Virus record (IMG/VR): IMGVR_UViG_3300020718_000278
Span: 18,586-82,585 of that record
Source: a virus
Taxonomy: Duplodnaviria > Caudoviricetes
DNA length: 64,000 nucleotides
Strand: one strand, 5' to 3'
The notes under the pieces were generated by a model. That model had not been told where the DNA came from, ran no database searches, and worked only from the letters and a program-made list of their open reading frames with translations. Both the position numbers and the translations under genes were made by a program. Below, piece after piece: positions 30,681 to 40,909 of this stretch. Position 1 is the stretch's first letter. Every line of letters starts with the position of its first letter.

Positions 30681-31880
30681 ATGAGTTATACTATAAACCT
30701 AACAAACGGTAACGTTTTTGCTACTATTCCAGACGGAACCATTAACCAAGCAAGCTCGCAAACGCTGATTGGTAGAAACTACGCTGGCTATGGTCAATTT
30801 TTAGATGATAATTTTATTCATTTATTGGAAAGCGGAGCTAACAGCACGCCACCAGGAGCACCACTTGTTGGACAGCTTTGGTTTAATACAACAACAGCTA
30901 TTCTTGAAGTTTTTAATGGCACAGGATTTAAAGCTATTGGTGGATCTCAAGCTGCTACTACAGCTCCTACAAATAACGCTGTTGGTGATTTATGGTATAA
31001 TACAACTCTCGCACAATTAAATGTTTGGACAGGAACCCAATGGTTATTGGTTGGGCCTATTTACACTTCGGCGACAGGTATCACTGGCGCTATTCCCGCA
31101 ATTATTATTGATAATACATCAGCAAGTCATATTGTTGTAGAATTATATGTAAACAATACCATTGTTGGTATTATTTCTGAAGATGCTGCTTTTACACCAC
31201 AAACCCCAATTACAGGATTTACAACAGTTCGTCCGGGCATTACCCTTGCTACAATAACAGGAAGTCAAGTTCCTTTATTTCAAGGAACAGCCACTAATTC
31301 ACAACTATTAAATGGTGTATCCGGAAATAGTTTCATGCGTACAGATGCTAATACATTTACTTCGGGCAGTATAGCGGTTAACTCTAGTGCGCTCGGTACA
31401 GCAATTATTAATTCTGCTGGAAATGCCGTAGGCAATATTGGCAGCGCATCTAGTTACTTTAATACCATATTTGCTCGTTCAACTTCGGCTCAGTATGCTG
31501 ACGTAGCAGAACGTTTTGCGTCAGACACACAATATGCCGCTGGTACTGTAGTTGAATTAGGTGGTTCAGCCGAAATTACTATTTCTAATACAGAATTAAG
31601 TGAATCTGTATTTGGTGTTATAAGTACAAACGCTGCTTATTTAATGAACAGTGGCGCTGGTAACGATTCAACACATCCACCAGTTGCTATGACAGGTCGG
31701 GTACCAGTTCAAGTAACAGGAGTTATCCACAAAGGTGATCGTTTAGTATCTGCCGGAAATGGTATGGCAAGAGCTGCTCAAGTAGGTGAAGCAACAGCAT
31801 TCAATGTAATAGGTCGTAGTTTAGATGATAAATTAGATTTAGACTTAGGTGTCGTTGAAGCTATTGTTACGATAAAATAA
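30681..31880 (+). CDS. Tail fibre protein with C-terminal autocleaving chaperone-like domain (S74/G2-like)
   Basis: N-terminal GRNYAGYGQ...NFIHLLE...P..GQLWF repeat; C-terminal SAQYADVAERF...GVIST..AYLMN...PPVAMTGRVPV.V.G...KGDRLVSAG. Confidence 0.72.
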   Translation: MSYTINLTNGNVFATIPDGTINQASSQTLIGRNYAGYGQFLDDNFIHLLESGANSTPPGAPLVGQLWFNTTTAILEVFNGTGFKAIGGSQAATTAPTNNAVGDLWYNTTLAQLNVWTGTQWLLVGPIYTSATGITGAIPAIIIDNTSASHIVVELYVNNTIVGIISEDAAFTPQTPITGFTTVRPGITLATITGSQVPLFQGTATNSQLLNGVSGNSFMRTDANTFTSGSIAVNSSALGTAIINSAGNAVGNIGSASSYFNTIFARSTSAQYADVAERFASDTQYAAGTVVELGGSAEITISNTELSESVFGVISTNAAYLMNSGAGNDSTHPPVAMTGRVPVQVTGVIHKGDRLVSAGNGMARAAQVGEATAFNVIGRSLDDKLDLDLGVVEAIVTIK

Positions 31881-31892
31881 TAGGAACTAGTA

Positions 31893-32846
31893 ATGACATA
31901 TGTGTCAGGCGGATTAATCGAAGCCACAGATTATAATGGGTTTACAAGCACTACGGCAGGTGGAAATGTTAACTATGTTTGGAATACGCAATATGGTCAA
32001 ACAGCACTTAGCACAGTATCCACGGGTGCTACAGTAACAGCCACACAATGGGCAACATTAAATACTACAGTCAGTTCTTTAGCCAGTCATCAAGGCACAA
32101 CAATTACTTCCAGAACTAATCCAGTGGCTGGCAATACTATTGCAGTCTTGTCAAACCTTGCTACCGATATAACAAGTTGCAACACTAATCAATATAATGC
32201 AGCTTCACTAGGAACTCAGTATACAGGTTGGACTGGAACTGCCAGTAAAACCGCTGCTACCGGATCAGGAGCAGCAGCTTGGTCTATCACATTCACTGAT
32301 ACTATAACATTTGCTAACACAACAGCGGCAAGTAATTTTTTTAATGCAGGAGGATTAATTAAAATTCAATTTAGCAAAACATCAACCGGAACATCTGCTG
32401 ATCCCGAATGGAATAATTTTGTTAACAATGTGTGCGGAACAATTTATTTGTCCAGTACAGGAGCGAGCAAAACCATTGTTGGACAAGCCTATACTGGCAC
32501 TACCAAAATTGGTGGTTCAGGTACTCCAACAACATTAGCTACCGGCACAGGATATGCTCAGTTAACATCAAGTCCGGTCACAATTTATAAACAATTTGAT
32601 ACTGGAACAGCATATTCTAGCAATTATGTACAAGTCAATGCCAGCGTAAGCGGAGCGGTGTTAACTTTGACCATAGTTTGGTATGATAATGGCGATCCGT
32701 TTGGAGCCGACATTTCAGGCGGAACAGCAACAACAGGTATTACTTTTGGTACAGCACCAACAACCGTTGTTACATACTATTCACCAGAAACCACATATTT
32801 GACAAACACATGGGGCTCGCCAACAGTAGCTTCGGCAGTATCGTAA
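31893..32846 (+). CDS. Thr/Ser/Gly-rich virion fibre/structural protein
   Basis: MTY..GGLIEATDYN...YGQT; F.N...A..FFNAGG.I; last gene before a terminator. Confidence 0.6.
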   Translation: MTYVSGGLIEATDYNGFTSTTAGGNVNYVWNTQYGQTALSTVSTGATVTATQWATLNTTVSSLASHQGTTITSRTNPVAGNTIAVLSNLATDITSCNTNQYNAASLGTQYTGWTGTASKTAATGSGAAAWSITFTDTITFANTTAASNFFNAGGLIKIQFSKTSTGTSADPEWNNFVNNVCGTIYLSSTGASKTIVGQAYTGTTKIGGSGTPTTLATGTGYAQLTSSPVTIYKQFDTGTAYSSNYVQVNASVSGAVLTLTIVWYDNGDPFGADISGGTATTGITFGTAPTTVVTYYSPETTYLTNTWGSPTVASAVS

Positions 32847-32876
32847 TGTTCGCCTAACGGCACTTTTAGTATTACC

Positions 32877-32904
32877 AAAGGGGCTTCTTGCCCCTTTACT
32901 TTTT
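32877..32904 (+). terminator. Intrinsic terminator ending the tail operon
   Basis: AAAGGGGC-TTCTT-GCCCCTTT followed by ACTTTTT. Confidence 0.75.
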
Positions 32905-32923
32905 CCCTCAGATGTAGTATAAT
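32895..32923 (+). promoter_or_regulatory. sigma70-type promoter overlapping the terminator; probably leaderless mRNA
   Basis: TTTACT-17 bp-TATAAT, then 6 nt to ATG 32930; no SD. Confidence 0.65.
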
Positions 32924-32929
32924 AATGGT

Positions 32930-33244
32930 ATGGATACTGACAAATTAATTGCCCATAGTCGCAGTCGTTTTGACCATGCGGCAGCCAAGCGCACACTTAA
33001 AGAAAAATATCAAGGTAAATTGGTATTTGCTCACAACGGCGGAATGTTTAAAGCAGAGCCTAATCTTATTGTATTTTTAGAATCTTGTTGGGGACAAGGA
33101 CAGATAGACCCAGTAATAATTGACTTGTACGGGAATCCAGTAAAAGTTCATAGCACTAATTTATTAAACGAGGCTAGGAAAATTTATAAAGAACAAACAA
33201 CTGCTTGGTTGAAAGAATACGAAGACCTTAACAAAAACAGATGA
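32930..33244 (+). CDS. Hypothetical protein (104 aa)
   Basis: Clean ORF after a promoter, ATGA-coupled to the next gene. Confidence 0.7.
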   Translation: MDTDKLIAHSRSRFDHAAAKRTLKEKYQGKLVFAHNGGMFKAEPNLIVFLESCWGQGQIDPVIIDLYGNPVKVHSTNLLNEARKIYKEQTTAWLKEYEDLNKNR

Positions 33245-34041
33245 CAGCCGGTGTACTAATCTTTGCTTTTAATAATGAACATATAGATTATCTAGCCATG
33301 GCTAATTGGTCAGCAAAAAATATTCGCAGACATTTAAATTTGCCAGTAGCTGTAGTCACTAATACTACCATTCCTTCTAATTACTTTTTTGAACAATCTA
33401 TTATTGCTGAGCCCGAGGGCGAATATTTTAGAAAATTTGCTGACCAAGAAGAAAATGTAACATGGTATAATGGTAATCGTGTTGACGCATACAATTTATC
33501 CCCGTGGGCGCACACATTGTTATTAGACGCAGATTATGTGGTAGCTAGTAGTGAATTAAAAAAAATATTAGATATTAGAAAAAATTTTGTAGCACATAAA
33601 ACAGCTTATGATATAGTCGACCAAGATAACTTTGACGAGCTTAATAATTTTGGAAGTTTTAATATGCCAATGTGGTGGGCAACTGTAATAATGTTTAGGC
33701 GTTCAACCGAAGCACAAATGATTTTTGAATCAATGGCAATGATAAAAAATCATTGGAAACATTATAGGAATTTATATAAAATTTTAAACTCAACTTATCG
33801 TAATGATTTTGCGCTAAGTATAGCATTAGGTATTGTTAATGGGCATACACTTGATTATACAGAAATTCCATGGTCCTTGGCTTCATTGACTCCAGCGCAT
33901 AAATTAACGCAAATAGCAGAAGACCAATATCGTATAGATTTTTTAACACAGGATAATAAACCTCGATACATTACTATTAATCAAGATTTTCATGCTATGG
34001 GTAAAAAACATTTGGGAGATATCATTGCCAAATCAAGCTGA
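33241..34041 (+). CDS. Glycosyltransferase-like protein (GT-A fold, GT8-like)
   Basis: GVLIFAFNN..IDYLAMA; TLLLDADY (DxD); WWATVIMFR; RNDFALSIAL; H near the C-terminus. Confidence 0.65.
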   Translation: MTAGVLIFAFNNEHIDYLAMANWSAKNIRRHLNLPVAVVTNTTIPSNYFFEQSIIAEPEGEYFRKFADQEENVTWYNGNRVDAYNLSPWAHTLLLDADYVVASSELKKILDIRKNFVAHKTAYDIVDQDNFDELNNFGSFNMPMWWATVIMFRRSTEAQMIFESMAMIKNHWKHYRNLYKILNSTYRNDFALSIALGIVNGHTLDYTEIPWSLASLTPAHKLTQIAEDQYRIDFLTQDNKPRYITINQDFHAMGKKHLGDIIAKSS

Positions 34042-34756
34042 AAAAGGATATTTAATACCGGCGATAGGAGAGGTTTACGTTAAGTGCGCTAAACAATTAG
34101 CTAATAGCATATTACAATGGCATCCAAATGCTGATATAACTATTTTAACAGAAGACATGTTACCCTATGGAAAATTTACTGGATTTGCTAATGACTGGCA
34201 ATGCTATGAAGCAAGTCCGTATGAAAAAACTATAAAATTAGAAGCAGATATGTGGTGCGCCAGCCCAGTTGATCATTGGTGGGACTTGTTTTCTAATCGT
34301 GATGTGGTTATTAGCCAAGGATGTAGAAATTTTTATAATGAACCTGGTAAATCAAGAATATATCGTAAAATATTTGATAACAATAATTTACCAGATGTTT
34401 ATAATGGCATCACCTATTGGCAGGTAAGTAATACAGCCGAAGAATTTTTTAAATTAGTTCGTGATATTTTTGAAAATTGGGAAAAATATAAAACTTTGTT
34501 AAAATTTCCCGATGAAATACCTACAACTGATGTTGTATATGGAGTGGCAGCAGTTATTATGGAAGTTGAAAACGTGACTCTACCCGCGGGTATGGGACCA
34601 ACTATGGTACATATGAAGAAAAATATGATACCTATTACAACAGAAAAATGGACCAATGAGTTGATATTTGAACAGACAAATCCTGGTGTTAGAATTAACA
34701 CAGTAGCACAATGGGGATTAGTGCATTATCATGTGAAGGAAATAGAGAATGAGTAA
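34025..34756 (+). CDS. Glycosyltransferase-like protein (GT8-like paralogue)
   Basis: SPYEKTIKLEADM (ExD variant), LPDVYNGITYW, TTDVVYGVA, MVHMK; likely TTG start at 34025 after GGAG. Confidence 0.6.
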   Translation: MPNQAEKGYLIPAIGEVYVKCAKQLANSILQWHPNADITILTEDMLPYGKFTGFANDWQCYEASPYEKTIKLEADMWCASPVDHWWDLFSNRDVVISQGCRNFYNEPGKSRIYRKIFDNNNLPDVYNGITYWQVSNTAEEFFKLVRDIFENWEKYKTLLKFPDEIPTTDVVYGVAAVIMEVENVTLPAGMGPTMVHMKKNMIPITTEKWTNELIFEQTNPGVRINTVAQWGLVHYHVKEIENE

Positions 34757-34994
34757 AGACATAGATAAAATTAAACATAGCAAACGTTTGCATCATGATA
34801 ATACGGCTATTGCCAAACAAAAAGCTATAGCAAAAACTCATAATATTCCAACAGGGCCCGAGCATCGCCTAGCAAAAGTTCATGCTACTACCTGTGGTGA
34901 CTCTAATTGTGTTATGTGCGGAAATCCACGTAAATTTTTTAAAGAAAAAACAATACAAGAAAAACGAGCCGAGCAAAGAGCAAAAGATGAATGA
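34749..34994 (+). CDS. Small basic hypothetical protein with a Cys cluster
   Basis: H...CGDSNCVMCGNPRK putative Zn site. Confidence 0.6.
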   Translation: MSKDIDKIKHSKRLHHDNTAIAKQKAIAKTHNIPTGPEHRLAKVHATTCGDSNCVMCGNPRKFFKEKTIQEKRAEQRAKDE

Positions 34995-35304
34995 AAAAGA
35001 ATTTTGGGCGGCATTAAAACCCGTAGAATCTAAACCATTATTATATAGGTTGTATTACAATGACGCCGGTAACCCATTATATTTTAGCCAAGAAGATTTA
35101 CCAGGTAATTATATAGATGTTGATTATAAAACATACATCAACCCACCAAAGTATATACGTGTGGTGGATAAAAAATTAGTAATACTTGAGGATACCGCAG
35201 TAACAAAATTATATCCAGGAAAATCTGGAACTTGTTGCCATCCGCAAGATATCACTATAATAGTTGATGAGTCAACTCAACATATCAAATGGAGTTTAAA
35301 ATGA
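34987..35304 (+). CDS. Hypothetical protein (about 105 aa)
   Basis: Likely start ATG 34987 (MNEKEFW), overlapping the upstream stop; YRLYY...G.PL.FS.EDLPG.YI. Confidence 0.6.
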   Translation: MNEKEFWAALKPVESKPLLYRLYYNDAGNPLYFSQEDLPGNYIDVDYKTYINPPKYIRVVDKKLVILEDTAVTKLYPGKSGTCCHPQDITIIVDESTQHIKWSLK

Positions 35305-36230
35305 AAAGTATTGATGTAGCAGATTTAGATTGTATCTATTTATCATATGACGAACCACAAAAAGAAGAATTTTGGGTCAAAATTAAAAATATGGTACCTT
35401 GGGCCAAACGAGTTGATGGAGTAAAAGGTTCAGATGCCGCACATAAAGCTGCTGCCGCGGCCAGCGAAACAGAAAGATTTATTTTAATTGATGGTGATAA
35501 TTTACCTAACGATGAGTTTTTTGATTTAATAATTGAATTTCCCGACGACACTTATGAGCAAGCAGTTTATCGCTGGAGAGCTCGTAATCATATTAATGGA
35601 TTATTGTACGGTAACGGCGGCATAAGTTCTTGGACTAGGACATTTGTTAATAACATGAAAACTCATGAAAATACCGATGGACGAGCGGAAACTGAAGTAG
35701 AATTTTGTTTTGATCCACTATACTGGGCCATGAATGATTGTTATAGTGTAACCTACCCTAACGCATCTCCATTTCAAGCATGGCGAGCAGGATTTAGAGA
35801 AGGTGTGAAAATGTGTTTAGACCGCGGAATAAAACCAAACATAACGGAATTTAAAAATAAAGTACATCATCGCAATCTAGATAATTTAACCGTATGGCAT
35901 AATATAGGAAGAGATGTTGAAAATGGTATATGGGCAATATTGGGCGCTCGTATGGGTACTTATATGCTCATGATTACACCTTCGTGGGATTATCGAGAGG
36001 TACAAAATTTTGATTCGCTTAAAAGCATTTACAGTACAATAGATGGACATAATCCAGAAATTATTTCTGCTAAAATATCTGGAGAATTATCCAAACAATT
36101 AGATTTACCAATGGCTATGCTTGACGAAACTGCCAGCAAATTTTTTAAACATCACTATCGAAGCGAACAACGTAATAAAGGAATTATGATTCGTGAAATT
36201 GATGTCATTAGACAACAAGAGGGCTGGTAA
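35301..36230 (+). CDS. Glycosyltransferase-like protein (GT2-like), paralogue of the C-terminus of 59327-61147
   Basis: LDCIYLSYDEP...RVDGVKGSDAAHKAAA...FILIDGDN (DxD); start after GGAG with ATGA overlap. Confidence 0.6.
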   Translation: MKSIDVADLDCIYLSYDEPQKEEFWVKIKNMVPWAKRVDGVKGSDAAHKAAAAASETERFILIDGDNLPNDEFFDLIIEFPDDTYEQAVYRWRARNHINGLLYGNGGISSWTRTFVNNMKTHENTDGRAETEVEFCFDPLYWAMNDCYSVTYPNASPFQAWRAGFREGVKMCLDRGIKPNITEFKNKVHHRNLDNLTVWHNIGRDVENGIWAILGARMGTYMLMITPSWDYREVQNFDSLKSIYSTIDGHNPEIISAKISGELSKQLDLPMAMLDETASKFFKHHYRSEQRNKGIMIREIDVIRQQEGW

Positions 36231-36772
36231 TGTTTGATAAAGATTCATTTTCAAATGGACAAATTGACAGCAAACTATGGTTATGTCGCGAGTTAGAAGC
36301 ACTTAACTGGTCTAGCGACTATACCCATATATACGGCGGCTGGTATGGAATACTTGCTTTTTTATTGCTTAGTCGTGAGAAGTTTAAAGTAGGACGTATT
36401 GAAAGTTTTGATATAGATCCTCACTGTGAATCTATTGCGGACATGATTAATGAAAATTGGGTTATCAAAGAATGGAAATTTAAAGCCTTTACATTGGATT
36501 GTAATCAAAGCATACGGGGTAATCCTGACTTAATTATTAATACAAGCAGCGAACATTTTGAAAATATGGAATGGTTTAACAACATTAAATCAGGAACTCG
36601 TGTTATTATACAAGGTAATAATATGCCACACGATGATCATTATGTACATTCTTCTACTCTAAAGGATTTTATAACACATTATCCGTTAACTAATATTGTT
36701 TATCAAGGAGAATTAAAGTTTGTCTATCCAGAATGGAAATTTACTAGGTACATGATAATTGGAATCAAATAA
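36230..36772 (+). CDS. Class I SAM-dependent methyltransferase-like protein
   Basis: IYGGWYG glycine loop, ESFDID acidic motif, DLIINTSSEH. Confidence 0.65.
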   Translation: MFDKDSFSNGQIDSKLWLCRELEALNWSSDYTHIYGGWYGILAFLLLSREKFKVGRIESFDIDPHCESIADMINENWVIKEWKFKAFTLDCNQSIRGNPDLIINTSSEHFENMEWFNNIKSGTRVIIQGNNMPHDDHYVHSSTLKDFITHYPLTNIVYQGELKFVYPEWKFTRYMIIGIK

Positions 36773-37412
36773 AATACGCGGGTCTAATTCAACCCACGGT
36801 CAAGATCTTTGGGTTTTAGCTACTACTAATTTTCGAAAGAATGGGTACTATGTTGAAATGGGTGCTATAGACGGAGTTTTTCAAAGTAATACTTACATAC
36901 TTGAAAAAGACTACGGGTGGCAAGGCATATTAGTTGAGCCTGACAAACGTTTTTCTTCTGTACTAGAGAAAAATAGACCAAATAGTAAAATTGATTATAG
37001 TTGTGTTTGGTCAACTACTGGAAAAATTAAAACTTTTTATCAGTCAAATACAATGATTGACGCCAGAAGCACAATTGAAGAATTTGCTGAAGTAGGATCT
37101 GCTAATCGAACAAATTGGAATAAATATACAGTTAACACTATTAGTTTAATAGATTTGTTACATCGATATAATGCGCCAAATTATATCGATTATCTTAGTT
37201 TAGATGTTGAAGGTAGCGAATTAACAATACTTAAAGGATTTGATTTTAATCAATACGAATTTGGTTGTATCACTATTGAGCACAATCGTCGATCTGATTA
37301 TCGCGACGAAATTAAATTATTTTTGAATTCAAAAAATTATTATACACCGGCAAATTGTGAAAATTTGTTTTTGTGGGATGATTGTTATGTGTTAAATAAA
37401 GGATCCGTATGA
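36759..37412 (+). CDS. FkbM-family methyltransferase
   Basis: GQDLWV...GYYVEMGAIDG..QSNTY.LE...GW.GILVEP; IDYLSLDVEGSE..IL.G. Confidence 0.88.
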   Translation: MESNKIRGSNSTHGQDLWVLATTNFRKNGYYVEMGAIDGVFQSNTYILEKDYGWQGILVEPDKRFSSVLEKNRPNSKIDYSCVWSTTGKIKTFYQSNTMIDARSTIEEFAEVGSANRTNWNKYTVNTISLIDLLHRYNAPNYIDYLSLDVEGSELTILKGFDFNQYEFGCITIEHNRRSDYRDEIKLFLNSKNYYTPANCENLFLWDDCYVLNKGSV

Positions 37413-38368
37413 AGAAAAAATATTATAAATTAGTTCACGCTAAAGAAACAAACACTGATTGGTTTGTAGTTAATTGGTGTCTGGGTAATACTTGTAATTT
37501 TAGTTGCAGTTATTGTCCAGACAATCTGCACAACGGAACCAATCCTTGGCCAACCCCGGACACTATTAAAAATTTTATAAACAAAGTTAAAGAGACACAC
37601 CCCGACAAAAAATTATATTTTGAATTCACTGGCGGCGAAGTTACATTGTATAAACATTTCATTGAAATTTGTCAATATTGTACAGAACAAGGTGTTAAAG
37701 TAGGTTTAATTTCTAATGGATCTAGAACATTGCGTTATTGGAAAGAAAATAAACAATATTTTGACCATGTATGTTTAAGTTTTCATCCAGAGTTTGGCGA
37801 TGCTGACCACTTTATCGAAGTTGTTAAGGAATTAAACAACGATGTAAGAACTCATGTTAATATTATGATGAGTCCTGAAAAATTTGATTATTGTTTTGAT
37901 ATAGCTAATAAAGTAAAAGACCTTGGTAATATATCAATGGCTTTGCAACCTTTAATACACGACTTTGGCGAAGTATTATACGATTATACACCTGAACAAA
38001 AACAAATTATCGATAATCAACACGAATTAATTAGTAAACATATAAAATTTACTAAAACATTTGAATATTATAGAGGTGCTATGAAAATGCTATATCCTAA
38101 CGGTCAATCGTTAGTGGTAAGTGCGCATCGTTTTATAAATGAAAAAGCAAATGACTGGTCAGGTTGGGATTGTTATGCTGGTGTCGAACAACTAATTGTA
38201 GATCAGCGCGGAATGATTTCTCGAGGATGGTGTTTAGAAGGCGGTATTATTGGCAGTATATTTGATGAAAATTTAAATTTGCCCGTTGATCCAATACGTT
38301 GTACAAAAACAATGTGTCATTGTAATTTTGACATTATGAGTACTAAGGAATATCCCAATAATGGATGA
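37409..38368 (+). CDS. Radical SAM protein with C-terminal SPASM/twitch-like domain
   Basis: CNFSCSYC (CxxxCxxC), TGGEVT, SNGS; C-terminal C.AG...L.VD..G...RGWC...C....C.C. Confidence 0.9.
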   Translation: MKKKYYKLVHAKETNTDWFVVNWCLGNTCNFSCSYCPDNLHNGTNPWPTPDTIKNFINKVKETHPDKKLYFEFTGGEVTLYKHFIEICQYCTEQGVKVGLISNGSRTLRYWKENKQYFDHVCLSFHPEFGDADHFIEVVKELNNDVRTHVNIMMSPEKFDYCFDIANKVKDLGNISMALQPLIHDFGEVLYDYTPEQKQIIDNQHELISKHIKFTKTFEYYRGAMKMLYPNGQSLVVSAHRFINEKANDWSGWDCYAGVEQLIVDQRGMISRGWCLEGGIIGSIFDENLNLPVDPIRCTKTMCHCNFDIMSTKEYPNNG

Positions 38369-39602
38369 TGTAAACACTAATAAACAATTTAGAGTTTATG
38401 ATACCACTAAAAAATATATTAGAATATCAGTAGATGAAGCGATAGCTCGCGGGTTAAACAAATGGCAAAATTGGCAATGTAGTGCTGGCGTACGAGGATT
38501 ATATATTGATTTTGATGGCAATGTATGGGTTTGTAATACTGCTAGTTCAAAAGTTAATAAATTTAATGACGACGCTTGGAAAAAAACATTTTGGCCTATC
38601 ATAGAACCATTTAATGGAAATGTTCCAGATGAGTGGTCAAGTACTGGATTGAAATGGCAGGAATTAAAAAAAGAATTTAATAAATCATCTATAGCATTTG
38701 AAAAAATTATACCCCAGGATTCAACTGAACATCCTGGATTTATTGGTAATATATATGATGGATTTACTATTTCTAATGAATGGTTTGTTTGTCCTTGGAG
38801 TAGTTGTGGGTGTGGAGCAGATGTTATATTATCTAAAGCCAAAGAATATAATGACAAATCTTTGTTAGCAGTGACAAACAACGGCGTACTTGGTAGAATG
38901 AATACTATTGACAATCAAGTAGAATTAATCAATAATCCTGTGGCAGTAGAAATGAACTTTCCGATAGAATATCAAATTTTATGGGATTTAGGTCGCAAAT
39001 GCAACTATGATTGTTCTTATTGTTGGCCAGCAGTGCATAATCGAACTTCGGAACATAAAGATTATGATTTATTAATTAAAACAACTGATAAATTAATTAA
39101 CGAATGGGCTCAAGGCAATACAATAAGATGGAATTTTGGCGGAGGCGAACCTACATTACATCCAAAATTTTTAGACTGGTTAAAATATTTAAAAAGTAAA
39201 AATCAATGGACTATGGTAACCAGTAACGGTACACGTGATCATAAATACTGGGCAGAAGTTGTACAATATACAAATAGTATTAATCTTAGTGCGCACTTTG
39301 ATGGATTAAAAGATGAGCAAGATGAAGATAGATTTGTTAAAAATGTCGAAGTTATTTGTAAACACTTTGACGAACACAACGATGATCATTGGTTAGAAGT
39401 TAAATTAATGGCCCCACCACAATATTTGGATCGCGCATTAAAATTAAAAGAAAAAATTATGAAATTAGGTACATTAGATCAACTGGGAGCAAATAATAGA
39501 ATTAAAGGAGTGCTAAGTTTAGTTCCAATACGCAGTATAGGGGATAGTGGAACTCTTGTGGAATATACTGCTAAACAATTAGAAAAATTCCAATATCAGT
39601 AA
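38361..39602 (+). CDS. Radical SAM protein with N-terminal SPASM-like domain
   Basis: N-terminal WQCSAG..GLYIDFDGNVWVC...CPWSSCGCGAD; core CNYDCSYC, GGGEPT, SNGT. Confidence 0.88.
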   Translation: MDDVNTNKQFRVYDTTKKYIRISVDEAIARGLNKWQNWQCSAGVRGLYIDFDGNVWVCNTASSKVNKFNDDAWKKTFWPIIEPFNGNVPDEWSSTGLKWQELKKEFNKSSIAFEKIIPQDSTEHPGFIGNIYDGFTISNEWFVCPWSSCGCGADVILSKAKEYNDKSLLAVTNNGVLGRMNTIDNQVELINNPVAVEMNFPIEYQILWDLGRKCNYDCSYCWPAVHNRTSEHKDYDLLIKTTDKLINEWAQGNTIRWNFGGGEPTLHPKFLDWLKYLKSKNQWTMVTSNGTRDHKYWAEVVQYTNSINLSAHFDGLKDEQDEDRFVKNVEVICKHFDEHNDDHWLEVKLMAPPQYLDRALKLKEKIMKLGTLDQLGANNRIKGVLSLVPIRSIGDSGTLVEYTAKQLEKFQYQ

Positions 39603-39603
39603 C

Positions 39604-40908
39604 ATGAATAAATCAAACACACTTTGTCCTATCCCGTGGACACACTTATCAATACAACAAAACGGAGACTTACGGGCTTGCTGCCAATGTATCTATGCTC
39701 CTTATGGACAACTATCAGATGAAACTGGAACACTTAACATAAAAGACGCTGATTTAGACATAGCAAGGAATCATTCTGTATTAAAAGATTTACGAAAAAG
39801 TATGATTAACGGAGAGAAACATCCGTTGTGTAATCTTTGTTGGAAAGAAGAAGAACACGGCTTGTTTAGTAAACGAAGTAATATGGTAAGAAGGTATGAC
39901 ACAAGCGAGTACGAAACTTTAACTTCGCCCGACGGAACAATTGACACTAATCAATTCCCTTTACGTTACATTGATATACGATTTGGTAACTTATGTAATT
40001 TAAAATGTAGATATTGCGGCCCGGCTGATAGCTCTTTATGGGCCGAAGATTATGCTATGATGGCTGATAGTGACGAGCCACGATTACCTTTTTATAAATC
40101 TAAAGAATATAAAATTAAACAAATTAATAATGTATGGAAAATTGATTCTACAGATTTCGAATGGTATGAAAATGAAAATTTTTGGAAACAGATTGACAAA
40201 TTAATTCCTTATATTGATAGATATTATTTTACTGGCGGTGAGCCAACGGTTAATAAAGCGCATTTTAAATTACTTGAGCATATAATTATGTCTGGTCATT
40301 CTCCTTATGTAACACTAGAATATAATTCTAACATAGTAGCTATTCCAAATAAATTATTTAATATGTGGGAAGCGTTTAAATCTGTAGAAATAGGTTGTAG
40401 TTTAGATGCTACTGGAGATTTAGCAAATTATTTACGTTATCCTAGCGAGTGGGATGTCTTGAAAGAAAATTTAATAAAAATTGATCAAGCAAAAGCTGAT
40501 ATTGTTGCGGCAGTAGCAACTACTATCAGTGTTTATAATATTAGAAACTTTTTAGAACTTACAGAATGGTTAATAACACAACCATTCAATAAAGTTAAAA
40601 TCATCCCATCTTACCATGTATTAGAAGGTCCAGCACACATGAGTGTTCAAGTATTGCCTTTAGAAGTTAAAAATCAAATAGTCCAAGAATATGAAGATTT
40701 TTACAAAAAAATAGCCAAAATAGACAAGTCTACAGCAATAATTCTGCGTAAAGTTTTTTCAGGGATAATTAACTATATGCTAGCAGAAGACAAATCACAT
40801 TTATTAACAAATCTTATGTATGCTACTGAAAAATTAGATAAAGTACGTAATCAAGATATAAAAAATTACCTACCTTGGCTTGCAGAAATAATAAATCAAA
40901 GGAAATAA
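39604..40908 (+). CDS. Radical SAM protein with N-terminal SPASM/twitch Fe-S domain
   Basis: LCPIPWTHL...NGDLRACC...LR..M..GE....C..CW..E; CNLKCRYC; YFTGGEPT. Confidence 0.9.
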   Translation: MNKSNTLCPIPWTHLSIQQNGDLRACCQCIYAPYGQLSDETGTLNIKDADLDIARNHSVLKDLRKSMINGEKHPLCNLCWKEEEHGLFSKRSNMVRRYDTSEYETLTSPDGTIDTNQFPLRYIDIRFGNLCNLKCRYCGPADSSLWAEDYAMMADSDEPRLPFYKSKEYKIKQINNVWKIDSTDFEWYENENFWKQIDKLIPYIDRYYFTGGEPTVNKAHFKLLEHIIMSGHSPYVTLEYNSNIVAIPNKLFNMWEAFKSVEIGCSLDATGDLANYLRYPSEWDVLKENLIKIDQAKADIVAAVATTISVYNIRNFLELTEWLITQPFNKVKIIPSYHVLEGPAHMSVQVLPLEVKNQIVQEYEDFYKKIAKIDKSTAIILRKVFSGIINYMLAEDKSHLLTNLMYATEKLDKVRNQDIKNYLPWLAEIINQRK

Positions 40909-40909
40909 A

